From Spirochaetales bacterium (GTDB lineage: Bacteria > Spirochaetota > Spirochaetia > Sphaerochaetales > Sphaerochaetaceae): 47,179 bases of DNA. Location: the NCBI GenBank assembly GCA_028719825.1, contig JAQYLW010000082.1:1-47179 (forward strand), written 5' to 3'. Below are positions 10,901 to 19,990 of this stretch, in pieces (position 1 is the stretch's first letter; each line of letters starts with the position of its first letter). The translations under genes were made by a program, and so were the position numbers. The notes under the pieces are model-generated. The model was not told the DNA's origin and ran no database searches. It was given only the letters and a program-made list of their open reading frames with translations.

Positions 10901-11123
10901 CAACAAGGTAGCTTACGATTATATTCTGCGCAAGCTGCGTGTGTGGCCCTGCCGCAGGACCCAGAACCGATGAACAGGATTCTTCAAAAATTTTGGCAGA
11001 GTGATTTTTTTCACCACGATAAAAATTTTCTTTTTTAATCCCAAAGATTGATCCTTTCTTATATTCAGAAAAGATTCTGTTAAACAACTCCCCAAATGGA
11101 AGCGGACGCATAATATCGCTCAT
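7986..11123 (-). CDS. ygfK: YgfK-type multidomain Fe-S/flavin oxidoreductase (annotated in databases as putative selenate reductase subunit)
   Basis: 1045 aa. The N-terminus MSDIMRPLPFGELFNRIF...GPAAGPHTQLAQNI...ELKTVQIMDRLEIEKPCIDA matches YgfK. It has two Rossmann motifs (VVGAGPAGISAA, VVVVGAGNSAMDAA) and C-terminal 4Fe-4S motifs (CMDCSTRCEKCVDVCP, CNECGNCATFCP). The stop is 1 nt from the ssnA start. Confidence 0.8.
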   Translation of the reverse strand: MSDIMRPLPFGELFNRIFSEYKKGSIFGIKKENFYRGEKNHSAKIFEESCSSVLGPAAGPHTQLAQNIIVSYLVGGRFMELKTVQIMDRLEIEKPCIDARDEGYNVEWSTEYTLLKARDEYYKAWIICHLLEALMNGGEFEKPSFLFNMSVGYNLEGIKNPRMQEFIDRMIDASSDSYYNSYLEKLDELLRTSDYVQGTDWEEAGEKLRGGLSSKISSRVATSATISTMHGCPPVEIEQIARYMLDVKKISIFVKLNPTLLGYDRVREILDNLGYKYIGLKRETFEHDLQYGDALVMIRRLIDVAKNDGLRFGVKLTNTLASVNDQGQLPGAEMYMSGRALFPIATNLAAMLSKEFNGQLPLSYSGGANIFTVADLFKAGIRPITLATDMLHPGGYNRLKQMNELLDGVDDAYWNVEDGRIDIDTISYVANEALSNKYINKAFRGTKPVKVDRQLPREDCYVAPCDVACPVNQDVAKYVAQVAEGDYKGAVETLYKYNALPNITCEICDHKCQYNCSRLDYEGKSISIRDIKKVAVQNGMDAYEAEVSKKELTGPRVAVVGAGPAGISAATFLSEAGFKAEVFEREAEAGGTVRYVIPDFRIAKEAIEADVEHAERLGATFHYNVPNERLSVQALKDAGYEYILYGIGAEKENKLQGRGDSSRTMDALSFLREYRKRPSNVFIGKHVVVVGAGNSAMDAARVAKRVNGVETVTVVYRRTVDEMPADKLEYEEALEEGIKFEFLACPAKQTEGNLECMRMVLGEKDSSGRRSPEATDERFNIPCDFIIAAIGEKVDSEALKEAGITTDEKGRPEFNKCTYESSVQGVYVLGDMATGASSVIRAVSTARKAVNDIIKKAYGQDAPVIPERSESVSCSGDLAVRRANVCTKIASFNDSDFAVREGHRCMDCSTRCEKCVDVCPNRANAVIEFTDDKDAELFTKPHQVIHIDAYCNECGNCATFCPYVDGEPYHDKFTVFSREEDFRNSNNDGFYLHGDTLMVRENGNSIVTTYHKGQFDLNAKLSVKTKALISKIVKDYKYLIGPVGD

Positions 11124-11162
11124 GCTTTTCTCCTCAATATAATATGCAAATTAATCTACATT

Positions 11163-11192
11163 ATTATAATACCGTGTTTTAAAGTACGTCAA
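11163..11192 (-). promoter_or_regulatory. Candidate sigma70-type promoter for the ygfK-ssnA operon
   Basis: The minus strand reads TTGACG, an 18-nt spacer, then TATAAT, about 40 nt upstream of the ygfK ATG. Confidence 0.35.
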
Positions 11193-11240
11193 ATAAAAAC
11201 GGGACAATTGTTTTTTATTATGAATAAAAGCGAATAGGTT

Positions 11241-13394
11241 TTAGTCCTGTTCGCTTTTAGCAATATCTATAAGAGTAAACTGCATGCTGTAGTTTCCCTT
11301 ATAGTAGTTTTTTCCGACGGTTGCAATAATATCAACCTTGTCCCCTAACGCAAAATCCCTGTTAAGCTTGTCCCCGTGATCCCACCCTATGCAGGAAAAA
11401 CCGGAAATTCCGTTTGACAAAATCAATCTCAATCCAAGCTTATCCTTCAGTTCAAAGCAGTCTGCTCTATCGACAACAAGCGATTTAATATAAAAAACAA
11501 GCTGCGGATTTCCTGCCCCGAAAGGCGCGAAAAATTCATTTATTCTCAAAAGATCCATGCTGACCAGAGATGCAGGGAGTTCTACGTCTATTGATATATC
11601 CTCATCAGAGCTTGAAACATCAAACATGTTTATAGCGTACTCTGTCATTTCTGCTTTCAATATTTCCACATTTGATCTCTTCATCGAAAATCCGCCTGCA
11701 CATCTGTGTGCACCGAAATCAGACAAAAGATGAGCAAAATTTTGAATAAACTCAAGCGAATTAACATTATCGGGAGTTCTTATTGAACCCGAAGCAATAT
11801 CATTACTTTCCGCAATTACAACACACGGAACATGGAAGGTTTTAAGGGCTCTTGATGCGGATAGTCCAGTAAAGCCGCGCGGAATATCTTCAGAGTGAAC
11901 AAACACGAACTTCTCGCCGCTGCTCTGATAGCTTTCTGTGGCAAGGCTGTATATAACCTTCCACGCTTCGTCGCCTATGTGACGTCTTTCGTCGTTTAAT
12001 GCAAACAACTGTCTGGATAATAAATCAACCTTATCACTTGTTCTGGCAAGAAGCATATTTATTGCAACGTTACTCTCTCCCATACGCCCTGCCGAGTTTA
12101 TAACGGGGGAAATATAAAAGGAGATGTCCATTGCGCTTATTTCTTTCATAACAAGTGCTTTTTGCGCAAGAAACGGTCTTAATGACGGACGTGGTGAGCT
12201 GTTTATTACATCAAGCCCCATTTTAACAAGAGTATGATTTTCACCCGTCAGCGGCATTAAGTCCGCAACCGTGGATATTGCGGATAAATCCAAACAGCTT
12301 CTTGTTATATTTTTCAAATGCGGAAGGCTTTGAGATATACAGTTGAAAAACAGATAATAGAAGGTATCAAGAAGTGCATTACCGTGTGGCAAAACCTTGT
12401 GATACATTATGATTTCGGAAGCATATCTAAGCCCTTTGTGCAGAAGGTTTGGGAAATACACCGTTACCCTGTTTTCAAGCGCTGTTATTCCTTCAATATC
12501 GTGCAGCCCTTTAAAAGCCATGCTGAGAATTTCAAAGTATTCTTCTTTGTTATAAGTGAATATTTTTTCTTTTTTATCAAGAAGCTCTTTAAGAATTTTA
12601 GAATCGTTAATGCTGTTATTGCCGTCTGCAACCCACTCTTCTATTATCCTTTCCTCTTCAACCATGTTTCTTACTTTCATAAAAGAAAGAATAATAGTGG
12701 CTCCGGTTTTACCGTATTCTACAGTTGTAAGATAATAGTTTGAGTTGTAGTGCTGAGTAAGGGAAAACTCCAATGCATAAATACACTTAGCCACCACTCC
12801 TGCTCCGGAAAGCCCGTCAAAAGGATATCCAGAGTCTTCGCATTTCGGATCTATGGTAGCGTATGATGCAGGGAACCCCTTACTACTGTCGGGCGGAAGA
12901 TGATGATCTGTTATCAGCACATCTATTCCGGCCTTATTAAAGGCCTCTACACTCTCTATTGCGGTAATTCCGCAATCGACGGTTATTACAAGAGAACAGC
13001 CCTCCTTTACTGCTTCATCAACACACGAAATTGACAAACCGTAGTTCTCATCCCCAACAGGTAAACGCAGCACGTGTTCAATTCCATGTGCATCAAGCCA
13101 CTCGCTCATTATGGTAAGGGATGTCACTCCATCCGTATCCCTGTCGCCGAACAGATACACCTTTTCTTTTTTATTGATTGCTGTTTTTATTCTTTCAACA
13201 AACTTATGCATTTCTTTAAAGCAAAACGGACTGTTTAAAACAACTTCGTTACGCACCAGAAAGTATTTCAAATTCTCCGGCGTATCCAACTTTCTTCTTA
13301 TCAATATAGAGGCAGTAATGGGATCTATATTGTATTTCTTTACAAGGTTCTTTACTTTAGTCGCACTTACACTTTCTCTACTCCAACTCTTCAT
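11241..13394 (-). CDS. recJ: Single-stranded-DNA-specific exonuclease RecJ
   Basis: DHH motifs LFGDRDTDGVTS, ITVDCGI and LITDHHLPP, the DHHA1 motif GAHRCAGGFSM, and a typical length of 717 aa. Confidence 0.9.
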   Translation of the reverse strand: MKSWSRESVSATKVKNLVKKYNIDPITASILIRRKLDTPENLKYFLVRNEVVLNSPFCFKEMHKFVERIKTAINKKEKVYLFGDRDTDGVTSLTIMSEWLDAHGIEHVLRLPVGDENYGLSISCVDEAVKEGCSLVITVDCGITAIESVEAFNKAGIDVLITDHHLPPDSSKGFPASYATIDPKCEDSGYPFDGLSGAGVVAKCIYALEFSLTQHYNSNYYLTTVEYGKTGATIILSFMKVRNMVEEERIIEEWVADGNNSINDSKILKELLDKKEKIFTYNKEEYFEILSMAFKGLHDIEGITALENRVTVYFPNLLHKGLRYASEIIMYHKVLPHGNALLDTFYYLFFNCISQSLPHLKNITRSCLDLSAISTVADLMPLTGENHTLVKMGLDVINSSPRPSLRPFLAQKALVMKEISAMDISFYISPVINSAGRMGESNVAINMLLARTSDKVDLLSRQLFALNDERRHIGDEAWKVIYSLATESYQSSGEKFVFVHSEDIPRGFTGLSASRALKTFHVPCVVIAESNDIASGSIRTPDNVNSLEFIQNFAHLLSDFGAHRCAGGFSMKRSNVEILKAEMTEYAINMFDVSSSDEDISIDVELPASLVSMDLLRINEFFAPFGAGNPQLVFYIKSLVVDRADCFELKDKLGLRLILSNGISGFSCIGWDHGDKLNRDFALGDKVDIIATVGKNYYKGNYSMQFTLIDIAKSEQD

Positions 13395-13405
13395 CTTACC
13401 CTCAC

Positions 13406-14167
13406 TTATTTAATTTTGGAAAGTATTTCATCAATCCCCATTACACCGGCGCCACGTAATGCTTTCAACCTGAAACATTCATACATAAACAGCCTTTTTT
13501 CATCAATGTCGGTATATCTGACTGCATCTTTCAACGCAATAGTTTGTAAAGAAGCAAGATATCTTCTCATATTTGAAGAAAGAACGTTTATTTTATCCGC
13601 ACACTTTGCACAACACACATAGTTGTTCTCAAAGCTGTATCCAAGAACCTCCGCATTGTCATACTCCTTTCCACACTCAGGACAGGCTTCATACTCTCCC
13701 GATATTCCCTGAAGCAAAAAAAACTTCTCAATAGAATGAGAAAGCAACAATAAAGGAGATGTCCCTTTTATCAGCAGCTCCAAAAAGGATTCAAAAAGGT
13801 CATAACTTCCCGCAAAATCATATTTACCAAAATACATAAGAACGTTCAGTGCAAACGAATAATAGTAAAACAAGTCGTAATTCGACACTATCTCATCACG
13901 CAGCTTTTCTATTTTAATATCCTTGAGAATATAGTGTTTTTCAGATGAGCGAGGGGCAAGATACACACTTGATGTACTGCAAAGCGGATAATCAAGTTTA
14001 CTGCCCTTAAGCGAGGATATTATTTTTATGTACAATATCCCTTTTTCCCTTGAAAACGCTCCAACCTCAATGTCCTTTTCACCAACCTTTCTTTTGAACA
14101 AACACAATGCTCGTTCAACACATTCCGTCATAACTGTTAAGATAACAGCATGACTGCGTTTAGTCAA
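13406..14167 (-). CDS. recO: DNA repair protein RecO-like (start codon uncertain; the ORF opens with TTG)
   Basis: About 250 aa. It has an N-terminal OB-like segment (HAVILTV...), a central CxxC...CxxC zinc finger (CPECGKEY...CCAKCADK) and a helical C-terminus. It sits directly downstream of recJ. The call rests on architecture only. Confidence 0.5.
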   Translation of the reverse strand: MTKRSHAVILTVMTECVERALCLFKRKVGEKDIEVGAFSREKGILYIKIISSLKGSKLDYPLCSTSSVYLAPRSSEKHYILKDIKIEKLRDEIVSNYDLFYYYSFALNVLMYFGKYDFAGSYDLFESFLELLIKGTSPLLLLSHSIEKFFLLQGISGEYEACPECGKEYDNAEVLGYSFENNYVCCAKCADKINVLSSNMRRYLASLQTIALKDAVRYTDIDEKRLFMYECFRLKALRGAGVMGIDEILSKIK

Positions 14168-14328
14168 ATTTATAATCGGGCATATCGTATATAAATTAAT
14201 TCCTCCATGTACATTTATCCCATAGTCCCCGATTACATTCCATTATGAATACAAAATCTCTACAAAAAAACATGCATTTATTATAAAATTTTAGAAAAAT
14301 AAGCTCTTACGCAAAAAGAGGTGCAATT

Positions 14329-15618
14329 ATGATAGATTTGAAATTAATCAAAGAAAAAAAGCAGGAAATCGCAGAGAACATCAAAAACAGAAGAATGAAT
14401 GTTGACCTTGATAAGGTTATTAGACTGTCCGATGAAAGACTGAGCTTACTTTCAAAGGCCGAAATGCTGAGAAGCAGACGAAACGAGGTCGCTAGTCTTA
14501 TGAAACAAAAACTCGAAGCTTCCGAAAGACAAAAACTTATAGATGAGGGCAAGAGTTTAAAAGATGAAATTGCGAATGTTGAAAGCAGCCTTGAAGCAGT
14601 CGAAAACGAATATTATAAAGAAGCAAAACGCATACCGAACTTCTCAGACGGAGAAGCTCCGATTGGTGCCGAAAACGACGGAGACACTGTAGAGATAAAA
14701 AAAGTCGGAGTTCCCAGAACATTTTCATTCAAACCGTTAGACCATGTGGAACTTGGTAAAATAAACGATCTTATTGATTTTGATACGGCAACAAAGGTCA
14801 GCGGAAACAAGTTCTATTACTTAAAGAACGAGGCTGTTCTTTTGGAATTAGCCCTTGTTCAGTATGCCTTCTCCATAGTTTCAAAGCATGGCTTTACTCC
14901 AATCATCACGCCTGATGTTGCAAAAACGGAAATTCTTGAAGGAATCGGCTTTTCTCCACGAGGTGAAGAGAGCAACATATATGCGCTTGACGGTATGAAT
15001 GAATGTCTTGTCGGTACTGCAGAAATTACACTTGGAGGATACTATGCCAATCAAATCCTCAAGGAGGATGACTTCCCTATACGCTTTGTAGGACTTTCGC
15101 ACTGCTTTAGAAGAGAGGCAGGAGGAGCAGGACAGTTCTCAAAAGGATTGTACAGGGTTCACCAGTTTACAAAGGTTGAGATGTTTGCCTATACTCTGCC
15201 CCAAAACAGCAAGGATGAGCATAAGAACATACTTGCCATAGAGGAGGAAATTTTTTCCGGCTTAGGCCTTGCATATAGAGTTGTCGACACACCTACTGCC
15301 GATCTTGGAGCGCCGGCTGCAAGAAAGTTTGACATAGAAGCCTGGCTTCCGGGACGTGGCGAAAACGGTGAATACGGAGAGGTGACAAGCTGTTCAAACT
15401 GCCTTGATTATCAGGCTCGTTCATTGTCGGTAAGATATAAAGACAAAAACGGAAAAATCAATTATTGCCATACTCTCAACGGAACTGCCGTTGCAATTTC
15501 ACGCGCTCTTGTAGCCATACTTGAAAACTATCAGAACGAGGACCATTCAATTACTATTCCACAGGCACTTATACCTTACATGTGTGGAATAACAAAAATT
15601 GGCGGTAAAAAGAACTAA
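14329..15618 (+). CDS. serS: Seryl-tRNA synthetase
   Basis: N-terminal coiled-coil arm (MIDLKLIKEKKQEIAENIKNR...) and class II motifs HCFRREAGGAG and GTAVAISRALVAILEN. GAGGTG RBS upstream. Confidence 0.95.
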   Translation: MIDLKLIKEKKQEIAENIKNRRMNVDLDKVIRLSDERLSLLSKAEMLRSRRNEVASLMKQKLEASERQKLIDEGKSLKDEIANVESSLEAVENEYYKEAKRIPNFSDGEAPIGAENDGDTVEIKKVGVPRTFSFKPLDHVELGKINDLIDFDTATKVSGNKFYYLKNEAVLLELALVQYAFSIVSKHGFTPIITPDVAKTEILEGIGFSPRGEESNIYALDGMNECLVGTAEITLGGYYANQILKEDDFPIRFVGLSHCFRREAGGAGQFSKGLYRVHQFTKVEMFAYTLPQNSKDEHKNILAIEEEIFSGLGLAYRVVDTPTADLGAPAARKFDIEAWLPGRGENGEYGEVTSCSNCLDYQARSLSVRYKDKNGKINYCHTLNGTAVAISRALVAILENYQNEDHSITIPQALIPYMCGITKIGGKKN

Positions 15619-15630
15619 GCGGAGATTGAA

Positions 15631-17070
15631 ATGAACGAGTGCAAAAGCGGACTTTTTTGTGATTTTTATGAACTTACAATGGGGCAGGGCTTGCTGTTGA
15701 AAAATCACAATCCCGATACCGTATTTGAAATGTTTTACAGAAACCCTCCCCTGTCGTCGGGATACGCAATATTCACCGGAATTGACGATGTAATTGACAA
15801 CATAGAAAACATGCGTTTCTCAAAAGAGGATATAGATTATCTTTCGTCCCTTAAAATGTTTCATCCTACATTTCTTGAATACCTTGAAGCTTTCAAATTC
15901 CATGGAGATGTTAAAGCGTTTGACGATGGCGAGATATGCTTTCCTCGTGAACCGTTAGTTCAAGTAAAAGCGCCGATGATAGAGGCATGCATAATAGAAA
16001 CGATGCTGTTGAACTGCATTAATTTCCAAACATTGATAGCAACGAAGGCATCAAGATTAAAGAATGCAAGCGGCGGAAGAAGCATAATGGAATTTGGCAT
16101 GAGGCGAGCAGCAACCGGTAACGCATCCGTAGTTGCAAGCAGAGCTGCCATTATAGGAGGAGCAGACAGCACCAGCAACACCCTTGCCGCTTCAATGTTC
16201 GGATTAAAGCCATCAGGGACTATGTCGCATGCATGGGTTATGAGTTTTAAGTCCGAGCTTGAGGCCTTTAGAACCTTTGCATCGCTATACCCTACAAACG
16301 CAATTCTTTTAATAGACACATACGATACGCTAGGAAGCGGTATTGAAAGCGCAATTCAGGTGGGGCTTGAACAGAAGGAAAAAGGATATAAAATAGGGGT
16401 AAGAATCGATTCGGGAGATTTGTCATATCTGTCTAAAAAAGTTAGGGAAAAACTCAATAAAGCAGGTCTTAACGACGCTGTTATTTGCCTTTCAAACGAC
16501 ATAGATGAAACCGTATTGCGTGAACTTATCATATCAGGAGCCGAGGTCAATTCATTTGGAATAGGAACACGCCTTGTTGCAGACGGAGAAACACTTGGCG
16601 GCGTATACAAGATGTCTGCATCCAAAAATGAAAAAGGCGAATGGGAAAACGTGCTTAAAATGAGCTCGTCTGTTGAAAAACTAACGCTTCCCGGCGAACA
16701 CTCCGTGTACAGGCTGTTTGACGATGCAGGTCATCCCATCTGCGACTATATAACCCTGTCAACAGAAGAAAAACCAAAGAAAGGGAACAAAATCACCTTA
16801 AACCACCCCATATACGATTCCGAAACGCACACGGTTCACTCGTTTGACAGTGCAAAGGAAATGCTTGTTCCGAAAATTATAAACGGTAAACGAACAGTAC
16901 CGTTCAGAAAAGCGATAGATATAAGACAGGCATCTATAGAATCACTTGCTGCTTTTGATCCGTCCTACAAGCGACTTGTAAATCCGCATACGTATAAGAT
17001 TTCTATTTCAAATGCGCTTAAGGCAGAACGAAACAGATTGGTGGCATCATATAAAAATCAGGAAGATTAA
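15631..17070 (+). CDS. pncB: Nicotinate phosphoribosyltransferase
   Basis: FCDFYELTMGQG, SGTMSHAWVMSF, VRIDSGDL and GIGTRL; 479 aa. Confidence 0.9.
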   Translation: MNECKSGLFCDFYELTMGQGLLLKNHNPDTVFEMFYRNPPLSSGYAIFTGIDDVIDNIENMRFSKEDIDYLSSLKMFHPTFLEYLEAFKFHGDVKAFDDGEICFPREPLVQVKAPMIEACIIETMLLNCINFQTLIATKASRLKNASGGRSIMEFGMRRAATGNASVVASRAAIIGGADSTSNTLAASMFGLKPSGTMSHAWVMSFKSELEAFRTFASLYPTNAILLIDTYDTLGSGIESAIQVGLEQKEKGYKIGVRIDSGDLSYLSKKVREKLNKAGLNDAVICLSNDIDETVLRELIISGAEVNSFGIGTRLVADGETLGGVYKMSASKNEKGEWENVLKMSSSVEKLTLPGEHSVYRLFDDAGHPICDYITLSTEEKPKKGNKITLNHPIYDSETHTVHSFDSAKEMLVPKIINGKRTVPFRKAIDIRQASIESLAAFDPSYKRLVNPHTYKISISNALKAERNRLVASYKNQED

Positions 17071-17942
17071 TCTTCCTGATCGTCGTTATTTTCATCGTCA
17101 CTCTTCAATACCCACGTTTCTTTTCCGTTTTCATCTGTGTTCTTTGAAAGATTTATTGCTTTTACAACTCTCCTTCCGTGTTCGGCATTTTCCAAAGTAA
17201 CGGTCTGTTTCAAAATGTTTATATCCCTTACATGCTCTATGCCCTCATCGCTATGAACCTCGGTTTTAATCTGAGGGTAAAAAGACATTTCGCTTTTATA
17301 AAGTTCAACTTCGTAGGAAAGACAGCACTTTAAGTTTTCACATGCGCCAAGCAGTTTAAAATCCTCTTGTTTTATGTTTTGCTCCTTGGCCATTTTTCGT
17401 GTAACGGTTGGGAAATGCCTGCATTTCCCCTTTCCTTCGCAGCATAGTTTTCTTCCGCATATTCCAACGGTCGGAAAGCAACGTGCTGTTTCTCTTATAG
17501 CAATCTGATACATTTGTACGCGTGACGGCCTTATAATTTCATTCAACTTAACAACAAGATTTCTAAAATCCACCCTGCCGTCGGAGGAATACAAAAGCAC
17601 TATTTTATCTCCGCCAAGAACAGGATGCACATCCAATACCTTCATAGATAAATTTTCGTCTTCAATGCATTTTATTATGTCGGGATACAGCTCTTGAATT
17701 CTTTTGTTGTTCAGTTCGTTGTTTGCTATATCCTCTACCGTCAGCTCTGAACAGGCGATCACCTTGTCTTTATTTATTGAACCACAACACGGGAATACCA
17801 CCTTTAGGATATCTTCTCCAAACTGTGTATCTGCCTTTATATCGCTGTTTAATTTAAGTATTTTATCTGATGCAACAATGTATGTTTCTCCACAAAACAC
17901 ATGCTTCGCATAATAGTATTTCACATCGTTGTTTTCATTCAT
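17067..17942 (-). CDS. PSP1 domain protein (YaaT/RicT-like regulatory Fe-S protein)
   Basis: The Cys-rich PSP1 C-terminal region GICGRKLCCEGKGKC...LKCCLSYE is characteristic. Its stop shares 4 bp with the stop region of the convergent pncB. Confidence 0.7.
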   Translation of the reverse strand: MNENNDVKYYYAKHVFCGETYIVASDKILKLNSDIKADTQFGEDILKVVFPCCGSINKDKVIACSELTVEDIANNELNNKRIQELYPDIIKCIEDENLSMKVLDVHPVLGGDKIVLLYSSDGRVDFRNLVVKLNEIIRPSRVQMYQIAIRETARCFPTVGICGRKLCCEGKGKCRHFPTVTRKMAKEQNIKQEDFKLLGACENLKCCLSYEVELYKSEMSFYPQIKTEVHSDEGIEHVRDINILKQTVTLENAEHGRRVVKAINLSKNTDENGKETWVLKSDDENNDDQED

Positions 17943-18062
17943 AATTCCATATTATATATAAAGATTTGTTTTTTTACAAAAGTTTATATATAATAATTCA
18001 TGTGTGTGATATCAAAAGAAGAAACGCAGTTTTATCGTTTGACTACTTAATTTAGGCAGTAA

Positions 18063-18093
18063 ATGTGCGATATTTACTCCTAATATCGCACAT
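18063..18093 (+). promoter_or_regulatory. Perfect 12-bp inverted repeat (hairpin or operator) in the tatD leader
   Basis: ATGTGCGATATT-tactcct-AATATCGCACAT, ending 24 nt before the tatD ATG. Confidence 0.3.
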
Positions 18094-18117
18094 AATACCA
18101 TCTATCAGGAGTTTTTT

Positions 18118-18891
18118 ATGAGACTATTTGACACACATGCTCACATAGGTTTGATATACGATGACAAGATCGAGCGAATGCTTGTTGTAAGAACAGCCTA
18201 TACAAAGGGCGTTGAAGCTATACTCTCGGTTACAAACAACCTGGTTGACTTTAATAATGTCTATAACGACTTAAAAAACGAAAAGTCTGTTTATTTTGCA
18301 GCCGGTGTTTCACCGCTTGATGTTGCAAATGCTCCATCCGATTGGCGTGAAAAATTAGAAAGTGCTGCAAAATTGAACAAGGTTATCGCTATCGGAGAAA
18401 CCGGACTGGACTGGGCAAAAGGAATGTCAACAAAAGAGGAACAAACCCGGTTCTTTATTCATCACATACGCCTTGCAAACAAGCTTGGTAAAACTCTTAT
18501 AATTCACAATCGAGATGCCGGAAAGGACATAATGAGAGTATTGCGTGAAACAGATGTTAAAACAAACATGGTATTCCACTGTTACAGCGAAAACCTTGCA
18601 TTTGCCGAAAGTGCCGCAGACTTACCTGTATATTTTTCATTTGCAGGAAATCTCACATATCGCACGGTAAAAGATTTGCACGAAACAGTTGCTGCACTCC
18701 CTGCTAATAGAATACTGATTGAAAGCGAAGCTCCGTTTATGGTCCCCTCACTCTATAAAGGAAAAAGAAACAAGCCACAATATTTGAGTGAAACTCTTAA
18801 GGCCGTTGCTTATTACCAAAATAAAAGTGAAGAGGAAATGGCTGAGATACTGTGGGAAAACAGCCTTACTGCATTTAATCTGTCTATTTAA
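18118..18891 (+). CDS. tatD: TatD-family metal-dependent hydrolase/DNase
   Basis: FDTHAHI, IGETGLDW, IHNRDA, HCYS and ESEAPF motifs; AGGAG RBS. Confidence 0.9.
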   Translation: MRLFDTHAHIGLIYDDKIERMLVVRTAYTKGVEAILSVTNNLVDFNNVYNDLKNEKSVYFAAGVSPLDVANAPSDWREKLESAAKLNKVIAIGETGLDWAKGMSTKEEQTRFFIHHIRLANKLGKTLIIHNRDAGKDIMRVLRETDVKTNMVFHCYSENLAFAESAADLPVYFSFAGNLTYRTVKDLHETVAALPANRILIESEAPFMVPSLYKGKRNKPQYLSETLKAVAYYQNKSEEEMAEILWENSLTAFNLSI

Positions 18892-18894
18892 CGG

Positions 18895-19902
18895 ATGGAA
18901 GAAGCTATTCACCCATTAAAGATAGGAACGCTCACTCTAAAGTCAAACATTGTGCAAGCACCTCTTGCCTCATACAGTTCACGTTCATATAGGCATCTAT
19001 GTGCATTATACGGTTCACCCATAGGCATAAGCGAAATGGTTTCGGCAGAGGGCTTGTTAAGAGAGGGCGAAAAAACTCTATCGCTTATAAAAAAGGCAGA
19101 AACTGAAACTGATGTGAATTATGACAAAGAAAACATTGGGGACAAAATACCATATGCAATTCAGCTTTTCGCAAGCATCCCCGACTCCTTTAAAAAGGCA
19201 GTAAGAGTTTTATCAAAACATCTTGATGTCCCTCTTATAGATATCAATGCCGCCTGTCCGGTTCAGAAGGTATTGAGAAATGGGTGTGGCGGAGCATTAA
19301 TGAACAACCCCTCGCTTATAAAAGAAATAGTCAAAAGCATAAAGGGCGAAAGCGGAGCTAATGTAAGCGTAAAAATTCGCTTAGGTATGGATAATAACAA
19401 TATAAACTACTTAGAATGTGCAGAGGCAGCCTTTGAAGGAGGAGCAGATGCCGTTTCACTCCATGCACGAACGGTAAAGGCCATTTACGGAGGAAGTGCA
19501 GACTACAGTCATCCTAAGAATCTCAAAGAACATTTTAAAGAAAAAACTATCCTTACAAGCGGAGATATATTCTCTCATAAAATAGCAAAAGAAGTGATCA
19601 ATCTTACCGGAACAGACGGAGTACTGGCAGCCCGTGGCGCAATAGGGAATCCATTTATTTTTTCTGATGACGAAAACGTAAAAGACGCTGATTATATTGC
19701 TGCGCTTAAAACACATCTTCGCCTTCATGTTATGTATGGTGATACGCCTTTAAGGGATTTAAGAAAGTTTATTCCGTATTATTTCAAACACCTGAAGCAC
19801 TCAAAAAATATAAAGGACGTCAAAACAACAATATGCTGCTCTGCGTCCTCTTATGATGATTATATTAATGCTATTAACCGCATTACACCGGAAAACTCTT
19901 AG
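18895..19902 (+). CDS. dus: tRNA-dihydrouridine synthase
   Basis: QAPLASYS, DINAACPVQKVLRNGCGGALM, VKIRLG and SLHARTV (Dus TIM-barrel motifs). Confidence 0.85.
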   Translation: MEEAIHPLKIGTLTLKSNIVQAPLASYSSRSYRHLCALYGSPIGISEMVSAEGLLREGEKTLSLIKKAETETDVNYDKENIGDKIPYAIQLFASIPDSFKKAVRVLSKHLDVPLIDINAACPVQKVLRNGCGGALMNNPSLIKEIVKSIKGESGANVSVKIRLGMDNNNINYLECAEAAFEGGADAVSLHARTVKAIYGGSADYSHPKNLKEHFKEKTILTSGDIFSHKIAKEVINLTGTDGVLAARGAIGNPFIFSDDENVKDADYIAALKTHLRLHVMYGDTPLRDLRKFIPYYFKHLKHSKNIKDVKTTICCSASSYDDYINAINRITPENS

Positions 19903-19990
19903 AATTTTCCTTTAAATACGATCCTATTACTTATGTAAGTTGAATTAACAATATAAGGAGCAATGGGATAGAAACATCACTCCTTTTTTC

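Noticed and set aside
12318-12743. 141-aa plus-strand ORF antisense to recJ
   Set aside because: It is embedded in recJ. Its sequence is F/K/I-rich with no motif and no ribosome-binding site.
14168-14328. Possible T-box leader upstream of serS
   Set aside because: I see no T-box consensus, specifier hairpin or terminator/antiterminator pair. There is only an 8-bp inverted repeat (TAATCGGG...CCCGATTA) of doubtful meaning.
19945-19990. Hairpin-plus-T-run downstream of dus (AAGGAG...CTCCTTTTTT) as a terminator
   Set aside because: The stem is only 4-6 bp with a ~20-nt loop. That is too weak to call.
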